A stretch of DNA of 36,607 nucleotides, taken from IMG/VR virus record IMGVR_UViG_3300006217_000229. One strand, 5' to 3'. Within the stretch, counting starts at the first letter, position 1. Each line of letters begins with the position of its first letter. The DNA comes from a virus. Shown here in pieces: positions 28,264-35,871 of this stretch. The position numbers were made by a program, and so were the translations under genes. Under the pieces are notes generated by a model. It searched no databases. It saw only the letters and a list, made by a program, of their open reading frames with translations, and had not been told where the DNA came from.

Positions 28264-29159
28264 CAGTTAATTACGCAACTCAATTTGAGAGACAATTAAA
28301 ACAAAAATACAAAAGAGAAAGTTTGACAGCAGACTTAACTACTGAAAAAATTAAGTTTATTAATGCAAAAACAGTAAAAATCCCATACATTGAAATGGGA
28401 GGATTTAAGGACCATGGCAGAAATGGAGGATTTAACAGACAAAATGTTAAAAATCAATTCATGTCAAAAGAACTTACACATGATAGAGATGTTGAATATT
28501 TCATAGATGCTATGGATGTTGATGAATCTAATTTGGCATTAGCTGCAGCTAATATAACTAATACATTTGAGGAGGAACACGCTATTCCAGAAGAAGATTG
28601 CTATAGAATTTCAAAATTATATAGTGATTATAAAACTTTAGGGAAAAAAGCAGATAATACGGCTCCAACTACTAAAAATATATTAAGTTTATATGATAAA
28701 TACATGGAGGAAATGGACGAGTCAGAAGTTCCTGAAGAAGGTAGAATACTATATGCAACACCTGCTATTGAGAAAATATTAAAAAATGCAGAGGATGTAC
28801 AAAAAATATTCTCTCTTAATGCGGGGAATGGTAATGGATTTACAAGAGCAGTTAGAGCTTTAGACGATGTAAAAATTAGAAAATTGCCATCTAGTAGAAT
28901 GAAAACAGCTTACAATTTCACAGACGGGTGTGTACCAGGAACAAGTGCTAAACAAATAAATATGATTTTAGTACATCCTAAATCAGTTTTAGCTTGTGAC
29001 AAACACTCATATATTAAATTATGGGCTCCAGGAAGCCACACACAAGGTGACGGATTCTTATTCCAATTAAGAAAATATTGGGATCTATTTGTAATTGATA
29101 CAAGAGTTGATGGAATAAAAATAAATGCTGAAGCAGAAGCTGTAGAGGAGACTGCATAA
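28254..29159 (+). CDS. Major capsid protein
   Basis: MANTVNYATQFERQLKQKYKRESLTADLTTEKIKFINAKTVKIPYIEMGGFKDHGRNGGFNR...; position after scaffold. Confidence 0.85.
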   Translation: MANTVNYATQFERQLKQKYKRESLTADLTTEKIKFINAKTVKIPYIEMGGFKDHGRNGGFNRQNVKNQFMSKELTHDRDVEYFIDAMDVDESNLALAAANITNTFEEEHAIPEEDCYRISKLYSDYKTLGKKADNTAPTTKNILSLYDKYMEEMDESEVPEEGRILYATPAIEKILKNAEDVQKIFSLNAGNGNGFTRAVRALDDVKIRKLPSSRMKTAYNFTDGCVPGTSAKQINMILVHPKSVLACDKHSYIKLWAPGSHTQGDGFLFQLRKYWDLFVIDTRVDGIKINAEAEAVEETA

Positions 29160-29175
29160 TAGTTTATAATAAACC

Positions 29176-29204
29176 AAAGGACTTTCTTGATAAGAGAGTC
29201 CTTT
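29176..29204 (+). terminator. Strong hairpin after major capsid gene
   Basis: AAAGGACTTTCTT-gat-AAGAGAGTCCTTT (one G:U), no long T run on + strand. Confidence 0.5.
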
Positions 29205-29227
29205 AAAAAATTATAAGGAGGTAAATC

Positions 29228-29566
29228 ATGATAGCTGTAAAAGGAAATGTTGAATACACAATAAATGATTCAGAGAAAAAAGTATATATAGAGAATGGGT
29301 ATGATATATACGATGATAATGGAAAAAAATTAGCAGATGGAAAACATAAGTCTATACCGTATTCTAAGTATAAAGAATTGGAGGAAAAATACAAGGATCT
29401 ATTGGCTAAAAGTAATTCAACAAAAGAATTAGAAGAGTTAAATAAACAAATTACAGAAAAAGATACAAAGATTGAAGATTTAACAAAACAAATAGGTACA
29501 AAAGAAGAAGAGTTAAATAAAGCAAATAAAAAAATAGAAGATCTAACTAAAAAATTGGAAAAATAG
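29228..29566 (+). CDS. Coiled-coil phage protein
   Basis: MIAVKGNVEYTINDSEKKVYIENGYDIYDDNGKKLADGKH...TEELNKQ... Confidence 0.6.
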   Translation: MIAVKGNVEYTINDSEKKVYIENGYDIYDDNGKKLADGKHKSIPYSKYKELEEKYKDLLAKSNSTKELEELNKQITEKDTKIEDLTKQIGTKEEELNKANKKIEDLTKKLEK

Positions 29567-29578
29567 GAGGCATTGCAG

Positions 29579-29956
29579 ATGATAAATGCATATGCACAAT
29601 TTAGTGATTATAAAAAATATGGCAACGATGTTTTAAAAGATGAAAAAGATGCTATTACTTATTTAGAACTTGCATCAATTGATATTAACAGAGCTACACT
29701 TACACGAATTGAAAAAAGAGGATTTAATAATTTAACCGCACAACAAAAAGATTTAATAGTAAAAGCTACATGTTTTCAAGCTGAATATATAAAAGAAGAA
29801 GGAATTTATGAAAACGATGATGTATCAAGCTATAGTATTGGTGGAGACTTAACAGTGAATGAGAAGGACCCACAAGGAATAGCTGATAGATTAAAGATAT
29901 CAAAAATAGCCTTTTCATATTTAAGGAAGACAGGACTAATAGCTAGGATTATATGA
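29579..29956 (+). CDS. Head-tail connector-like protein
   Basis: MINAYAQFSDYKKYGNDVLKDEKDAITYLELASIDINRATLTRIEKRGFNNLTAQQKDLI; synteny. Confidence 0.65.
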   Translation: MINAYAQFSDYKKYGNDVLKDEKDAITYLELASIDINRATLTRIEKRGFNNLTAQQKDLIVKATCFQAEYIKEEGIYENDDVSSYSIGGDLTVNEKDPQGIADRLKISKIAFSYLRKTGLIARII

Positions 29957-30300
29957 TTAAAAAATTAAATCCTAATCATTTAAAGAGGCTATTAAATAAT
30001 GAGTGTGATGTTAAGATATATCAAGAGGGGCTATCTGAAGAGGGTGAGCCCTTAACTTCTATAAATTTAGAAAGTAAAAAGTGTAGGTTCGTAGAAAGAA
30101 CAAAAATAATAATAAATCCTGAGGGAAAAAAGGTTGAACTTATTGGAAAAGTAATACTACTGGGAGATATAGCGCCTGATATAAAAAAGATAAGTGGTGG
30201 TCAAGTAAGAATTAATGAATCAGAGTATACAATATACCAAGCTAGCCGACCTAGAAACCCAGATGGATCTATTTATATGACAGTATTGGAATTGATGTAA
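29953..30300 (+). CDS. Head completion-like protein
   Basis: Synteny; ...GKVILLGDIAPDIKKISGGQVRINESEYTIYQASRPRNPDGSIYMTVLEL. Confidence 0.55.
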   Translation: MIKKLNPNHLKRLLNNECDVKIYQEGLSEEGEPLTSINLESKKCRFVERTKIIINPEGKKVELIGKVILLGDIAPDIKKISGGQVRINESEYTIYQASRPRNPDGSIYMTVLELM

Positions 30301-30660
30301 ATGAAAGTAAGAATGAATAGAACAGGCATAAACAAGGTGAATAAAAATGTGCAAATGGCACTAATTGAAACAGCCGAGGCCGTACTTACTGATATGGTAC
30401 AGAGCCAAGTAATTCCTTTTAGAGAAGGGAATTTGCAAAAGAGTCATTTTGTAGATGATAAAAGAGCAATAAAAGGAGTTGTAAAATTAGTTGCAGACAC
30501 ACCGTATTCAAGAAAAGTATTTTTTGATCCAGAGATAACAATCCATACAGATAAAAATCCAAACGCAAGACAAAGGTGGGTGGAGGCTTATACATCAGGG
30601 AACAAAAAAGATTTACCAATTAAATATTTTGCTAAGTTTTTAAAAAGGAGAATGGAGTAG
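30301..30660 (+). CDS. Minor capsid / HK97-gp10-like tail component
   Basis: MADMVQSQVIPFREGNLQKSHFVDD...ADTPYSRKVFFDPEITIHTDKNPNARQRWVEAY. Confidence 0.7.
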   Translation: MKVRMNRTGINKVNKNVQMALIETAEAVLTDMVQSQVIPFREGNLQKSHFVDDKRAIKGVVKLVADTPYSRKVFFDPEITIHTDKNPNARQRWVEAYTSGNKKDLPIKYFAKFLKRRME

Positions 30661-31056
30661 ATGGAAAGATTATCGACCAAGGAAGTTAAAGATTACTTGA
30701 AAACAGTTATCACATGCGACAACTGGTATATTGGAAAACGTGATGAAAATAAAGAGAAATCTATTACATTGTTCTCTAATAAAAGGGAGTTAGAGAAAAT
30801 ATCAAAATTTAACAAACTGCAAACTTATTCAACTTTACCAATTACATTGTTGTTAGTGTGGAGTAAAAATTATAATTTAGCAGAAGTAAAAGCAAACGAT
30901 ATATATGATTTGCTAGATAAAAGAAAGTTTAGTATAAATGGTTTTAGCTGCTTTACAGAAACTTTAAATGAAGGACCAATTGACTTAGGATCAGATGATA
31001 GCAATAATTATAAATTTTCAATTGAAATTAACATTTATTACACAAAAAATAACTAA
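30661..31056 (+). CDS. Minor capsid / tail terminator-like protein
   Basis: Synteny and size. Confidence 0.55.
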   Translation: MERLSTKEVKDYLKTVITCDNWYIGKRDENKEKSITLFSNKRELEKISKFNKLQTYSTLPITLLLVWSKNYNLAEVKANDIYDLLDKRKFSINGFSCFTETLNEGPIDLGSDDSNNYKFSIEINIYYTKNN

Positions 31057-31125
31057 TAGAAAAAAGTATATGTATTCAATCATTTTGCTAAAAAAATATG
31101 AAAGGATGATTGAATATGGCGAATA
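31048..31125 (+). repeat. Duplicated leader, copy 2 (before major tail gene); contains RBS hairpin
   Basis: Differs from copy 1 only by one A in the poly-A of the loop. Confidence 0.95.
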
Positions 31126-31556
31126 AAACAGGAGTATTTCCAGTTTATGAAAATCAATTCAAAGTTGGAGCATCAAAGGAAGCTTTAGAATCAATTGCTG
31201 ATATGGAAAACTTTAGTGTTAGTTTTGACAATGGGGTAGAAGAGTGGACTCCAATGGACGCAGAAGGTTGGATTCGTAGATTAATGACTGCAAAATCAAT
31301 AACTATTTCAGTTGCAGGGAAAAGAAATGTAGGAGATACTGGTAATGATTTTGTAGCAGGATTAGCATTTGTAAATGGTAGAAGTGCAGAAGCGTGTTTA
31401 GAGTGGAATTTTCCAGATGGAACATCTATACTTTTTGAGGGAGCAGTATTTAATATAACAAACTTTATGGCAGGTGATAGTACAGCTGTTGCCCCACTAG
31501 AGTTTGATGTCATGAGTAATGGTAAACCTACTGTTACATTACCGACAGGAGAATAA
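31116..31556 (+). CDS. Major tail protein
   Basis: MANKTGVFPVYENQFKVGASKEALESIADMENFSVSFDNGVEEWTPMDAEGWIRRLMTAKSITISVAGKRNVGDTGNDFV. Confidence 0.8.
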   Translation: MANKTGVFPVYENQFKVGASKEALESIADMENFSVSFDNGVEEWTPMDAEGWIRRLMTAKSITISVAGKRNVGDTGNDFVAGLAFVNGRSAEACLEWNFPDGTSILFEGAVFNITNFMAGDSTAVAPLEFDVMSNGKPTVTLPTGE

Positions 31557-31621
31557 TATAGGAGGGTCACTAAAAAGGCCCTCTTAATTAAATTTTATAA
31601 AGAATTAGGGAGATGAATTAT

Positions 31622-31936
31622 ATGGCTAATTTAGACATTAGTAGTAGATTGGGGAAAAATAAACAAGAGATTACTATTGCAGAAGGAAAAACATATGAGG
31701 TGGATTGTAGCGCAGAGACAATGTTAAAAGCAGAAGAAAAATTTAACAACGGAGCAGGAGCAAATGATTTATTTGCAATAATAGAAATGTTCTTAGGAAA
31801 AGCAGCAGTAAAAGATATTAAAGCAATGAAAGCTACTGTAAATGAAATAAAGACAATAATAATTGCAATTATGGCACAAGTTAATGAGGAGGATTTCGAT
31901 TCGTTCGAAAAACGATTTCAAAACCAGCTCAAATAG
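31622..31936 (+). CDS. Tail assembly chaperone, G-like product
   Basis: MANLDISSRLGKNKQEITIAEGKTYEVDCSAETMLKAEEKF...; position between major tail protein and tape measure. Confidence 0.7.
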   Translation: MANLDISSRLGKNKQEITIAEGKTYEVDCSAETMLKAEEKFNNGAGANDLFAIIEMFLGKAAVKDIKAMKATVNEIKTIIIAIMAQVNEEDFDSFEKRFQNQLK

Positions 31937-32283
31937 CGAGTGTTGGTATGATTTGTTCGATGACTGGAAGTTAATAGAAGCCAGTATTACAAAGCAATAT
32001 GGAATAAGAATAAGAAAAGATATAGGCACAATGGATTGGGCGGAGTTAAGTGGATTAATCTCTGGATTAATGGGAGACACTCCTTTACGGTAACATTGTG
32101 AGAATTAGATCAGAAGATGATAAAGATACTTTAAAGAATTTTACAAGAGATGAACTTCAGATTAGGTCTGCTTGGAGAAACAAACAAGCAAAAACAGTAT
32201 CTGAAAAAGAAATGAAACAAGCGTTAGAGCAAATGAAGCAAGCCTTTATAGCAATGGCTAAAAAGGATGGTGCTAAAAAATGA
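31863..32283 (+). CDS. Tail assembly chaperone T-like extension, reached by +1/-2 frameshift from the G-like ORF; then recoded at CGG 32088
   Basis: SECWYDLFDDWKLIEASITKQYGIRIRKDIGTMDWAELSGLISGLMGDTPLGNIVRIRSEDDKDTLKNFTRDELQIRSAWRNKQA. Confidence 0.75.
32088..32091 (+). other. CGGT recoding site 17 (tail chaperone T), P-site codon TTA
   Basis: 0 frame GDTPLR* ; minus C gives GLMGDTPLGNIVRIRSEDDKDTLKNFT. Confidence 0.95.
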
Positions 32284-32435
32284 TAGAAGTAAGATGCCCT
32301 AATTGTAACCAACTGCTAATCAAAGTTGAACAGTGTAAGGGTGAAATTAAATGTATAAGATGTAAGAAAACAATAAAAATTAAAATAGATGAAAAAGACA
32401 GAGTGAACAACACGAGTAGTATAACTGCTGAGTAG
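32280..32435 (+). CDS. Com-like zinc-finger protein (Mu Com family-like)
   Basis: MIEVRCPNCNQLLIKVEQCKGEIKCIRCKKTIKIKIDEKDRVNNTSSITTAE*, CxxC...CxxC arrangement as in Mu Com. Confidence 0.65.
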   Translation: MIEVRCPNCNQLLIKVEQCKGEIKCIRCKKTIKIKIDEKDRVNNTSSITAE

Positions 32436-32477
32436 TTAGTCAATACCTGCTTTTACCTTTTTAGAAGGGAGGTAGGT

Positions 32478-35400
32478 ATGAGTACTAACGTTGGAGCTAT
32501 AGATTTAGATTTAGTATTAAATAGCAATAAGTTTAACAAACAGCTTAAAAATGTAGAAAAACAGGCAACAAGTACTGGTAATGTTTTACAAGGTACTCTT
32601 GGAAAAATAGGAAAAATAGCTGCTGCTGCGTTATCTGTTACTGCAATTGTTAAGTTTGGAAAGGAATGCATAAACTTAGGTTCAGATTTAGCGGAAGTAC
32701 AAAACGTAGTAGATGTATCATTCCCAAAAATGAATGAGCAGGTAAATGCATTTGCAGAAAATGCTATAGAACAATTTGGATTAGGACAAACAGTTGCTAA
32801 AAAGTATATGGGTACTTTTGGGGCGATGGCTAAGGCGTTTAAATTCAGTGAACAAGAAAGCTATAACATGGCAGCTGCATTGACTGGTTTAGCAGGAGAT
32901 GTTGCTTCTTTTTATAATATGTCAAGTGATGAAGCTTATACAAAGTTGAAGTCCGTATTTACTGGAGAAACCGAAACACTAAAAGAATTAGGTGTTGTAA
33001 TGACACAAAATGCGTTGGACCAATATGCTCTTGCAAATGGTTTTGGTAAAACAACTGCGAAGATGACTGAGCAAGAAAAAGTTGCTTTGAGAATGAAATT
33101 TGTTACGGAGCAGTTATCACTAGCTAGTGGGGATTTTGTAAGAACACAAGATAGTTGGGCTAACCAGACAAGAATACTTTCATTAAGATTTAATGAATTA
33201 AAAGCAACTCTAGGACAAGCGTTTATAAATGTATTAAATCCGGTGGTGAAAGGAATAAATTATTTAATAAGCAAATTACAAGTGTTAGCTAATGCTTTTA
33301 AATCTTTTACTGAATTTATAACAGGTAAAAAGTCAGATACTTCTGGAGGGCTAGGACAAACTGCATCAGATATAGCGAGTTTAACAGATAGTGCAAATAA
33401 TGCAGAAGATGCTGTTAGTGGAATTGGAAGCAGTGCTAAGAAAGCTAAAAAGCAATTACAAGGTCTCAGGGGAATTGATGAAATAAACAATTTAACAACT
33501 TCAAATGATTCAAATTCAGATAGTGGATCAGCTGGAGGTTCTGCAGGCTCTTTTGACTTTGGAGGAAGTTTAGCTGAAACAACAAGTGAGGCTAATAACG
33601 AGTTTGGCAAGTTAAACGGCTATGTACAGGAATTGTTCAAATCATTTAAAAAAGGATTTAAAGATGCATTTGGAAGTTTCGATTTTAATGGATTTAAAGG
33701 ACAGATTGACAGCATAGGCAATAGCCTTAAGGAGATATTTAGTAGCCCAGAGGTCCAAGGAGCTGCAAAAAAATGGGCCAATTCCTTAATGTTTGATTTA
33801 GGGGCAGCTGCTGGATTAATCGGAAGTGTTGGAGTTACAATAGCTGATAACCTAGTTGGTGGAATCAGTTTGTTCTTAGAACAAAATAAGAAAAATATAC
33901 AAGACCATATAGTTAGAATGTTTGATATATCTGCAAGATCACATGAATTATCAGGAAAGTTCTCAATAACAGTTGCAGATATATTTAGTGTATTTAGAGG
34001 GAAAGAAGCAAAGCAAGTTACAGCAAATATCATAGGTATTTTTACAGAAGGTTATTTAGGAGTAGTTGAGGTTACAAGTACCTTTGCAAATGATGTTTTC
34101 TATATGATTACAGAGCCTTTTAATCGTAATAAGAACTTAATAAAGAAAACTCTAACTGACATGTTTAGCCCACTTTCTAAAGTATTAGGAACTATAAAGA
34201 AAGGAATAGAAGATACATTTTCAAAGTTTTGGGAAGTATATGATCAATATATTAGACCTGCGGTAGAAAATATAACAAATGGGTTTACCAGTATTCTAGA
34301 AACAGTTTTAAATACGTGGAATAACAATATAAAACCTATTTTAGATGAATGGGCTGTGAAATTTGATGAGCTATGGGTACAACATATTCAGCCGATGATA
34401 GACAGTTTTCTTGAATACATGGGGAAATTAATCAATGGACTATCAGAGTTATGGAATACATGGTTAGTTCCACTGATTAATTGGATTATAGAAAATGTAG
34501 TTCCAGCTGTAGCGCCTGTTATAAAGGAAATAGGCAATACGGTGATGACTGTCTTTGGAAAAATAGGTGATATATTAAAAGGTTTTTGGGATGCCTTAAG
34601 TGGAATTATTGATTTTATTGTTGGAATATTTACTGGAGATTGGGAGAAAGCATGGAATGGAGTTAAAGAAATATTCAGTGGAATATGGCAAATGATAAAA
34701 GGAATATTCAGTGGAATATGGGAAGCTATCAAAGGCATTGTTAAAACTGCAATAGAAGCTGTGAAGGGAGTTATACAAACAGCACTAAATGCTATTAAAT
34801 CAGTATGGGAAAAAGTATGGAATGGAATTAAATCATTCGGAGCTAATATATGGAATGGAATTAAAAATACATTTTCTGGAGTAGGAAGTTGGTTTTCATC
34901 TAAATTTCAAGAAGCTTATAATGGGATTACGAGAGTATTTAGTAATGTTGGAAATTTTCTTGGCTCTATTTGGAATAAAGTTAAAAATACATTCTCAGCA
35001 TTGGGAACCAATATAGGTAATGCAATATCAAATGCTGTGAAATCTGGAATTAATGGTGTAATCAGTTTGATTGAAAGGACAATTAATAGTGCAATAGGAC
35101 TTATTAACGGAGGAATTGATTTAATTAATCTAATTCCAGGTGTTTGGGTTGGTCATGTTCCAACATTGAATTTACCAAGATTGGCACAAGGTGGTTATGT
35201 AAAAGCTAATACTCCCCAACTTGCAATGATTGGTGATAACAGACACCAAGGAGAGGTCGTAGCACCAGAGAATAAATTACATGAGATAATGGCAGAAGAG
35301 TTATCTAAATTCCAGGGAGCAGGAGGAAATAGCGATATAGTCAAATTATTACGTGAGATATTAACATTATTAAAGAACCTAGGAGGAGATACGGTGCTTA

Positions 35401-35492
35401 AAATAAATGACGTAGAACTTGCTAGAGCCGTAATAAGGGGTATGAAACTTTTGCAAAGTAAAAGTGATAAACCCATATTAGATTTTATTTAG
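32478..35492 (+). CDS. Tail tape measure protein
   Basis: 1004 aa, repetitive amphipathic and hydrophobic segments, W-rich repeats IWNGIKNTFSGVGSWFSSKFQEAYNGI. Confidence 0.92.
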   Translation: MSTNVGAIDLDLVLNSNKFNKQLKNVEKQATSTGNVLQGTLGKIGKIAAAALSVTAIVKFGKECINLGSDLAEVQNVVDVSFPKMNEQVNAFAENAIEQFGLGQTVAKKYMGTFGAMAKAFKFSEQESYNMAAALTGLAGDVASFYNMSSDEAYTKLKSVFTGETETLKELGVVMTQNALDQYALANGFGKTTAKMTEQEKVALRMKFVTEQLSLASGDFVRTQDSWANQTRILSLRFNELKATLGQAFINVLNPVVKGINYLISKLQVLANAFKSFTEFITGKKSDTSGGLGQTASDIASLTDSANNAEDAVSGIGSSAKKAKKQLQGLRGIDEINNLTTSNDSNSDSGSAGGSAGSFDFGGSLAETTSEANNEFGKLNGYVQELFKSFKKGFKDAFGSFDFNGFKGQIDSIGNSLKEIFSSPEVQGAAKKWANSLMFDLGAAAGLIGSVGVTIADNLVGGISLFLEQNKKNIQDHIVRMFDISARSHELSGKFSITVADIFSVFRGKEAKQVTANIIGIFTEGYLGVVEVTSTFANDVFYMITEPFNRNKNLIKKTLTDMFSPLSKVLGTIKKGIEDTFSKFWEVYDQYIRPAVENITNGFTSILETVLNTWNNNIKPILDEWAVKFDELWVQHIQPMIDSFLEYMGKLINGLSELWNTWLVPLINWIIENVVPAVAPVIKEIGNTVMTVFGKIGDILKGFWDALSGIIDFIVGIFTGDWEKAWNGVKEIFSGIWQMIKGIFSGIWEAIKGIVKTAIEAVKGVIQTALNAIKSVWEKVWNGIKSFGANIWNGIKNTFSGVGSWFSSKFQEAYNGITRVFSNVGNFLGSIWNKVKNTFSALGTNIGNAISNAVKSGINGVISLIERTINSAIGLINGGIDLINLIPGVWVGHVPTLNLPRLAQGGYVKANTPQLAMIGDNRHQGEVVAPENKLHEIMAEELSKFQGAGGNSDIVKLLREILTLLKNLGGDTVLKINDVELARAVIRGMKLLQSKSDKPILDFI

Positions 35493-35502
35493 AAAGGAGT
35501 AG

Positions 35503-35862
35503 GTGAAAATGTCTATAATAAGAATAAACGGAGCAGAAATACCTGCTCCTCTTCCTTTTTCTGTAGGAATATCGGATCAGGATTTGAATTCTGATACAGA
35601 TGCAAATGCAGAATTACATAGAAACAGGGTAGCTGTAAAAAGAAAATTAGACCTAGAGTGGGGACCACTAAGTTGGCCAGACATAAGTAAAATACTTAAA
35701 TCTATAAAAGATGTATTTTTTGATGTAACCTACCCAGATCCTGAAACAGGAAATTTTGAAACTATAAGAGCTTATGTTGGAGATAGAACCGCCCCAATTT
35801 GTATAGTCGAGGGAGATCAAATAACATGGGCCGGTTTAAAGGCTAACATTGTTGAAAAGTAG
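35503..35862 (+). CDS. Distal-tail-like phage protein (DUF6711-like)
   Basis: IRINGAEIPAPLPFSVGISDQDLNSDTDANAELHRNRVAVKRKLDLEWGPLSW. Confidence 0.7.
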   Translation: MKMSIIRINGAEIPAPLPFSVGISDQDLNSDTDANAELHRNRVAVKRKLDLEWGPLSWPDISKILKSIKDVFFDVTYPDPETGNFETIRAYVGDRTAPICIVEGDQITWAGLKANIVEK

Positions 35863-35871
35863 GTGATATAG

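Noticed and set aside
32723-35400. Repeated segments in the tape measure protein as a mobile or CRISPR-like repeat
   Set aside because: They are the normal amphipathic/Trp-rich coding repeats of tape measure proteins; no CRISPR array or IS element was seen anywhere.
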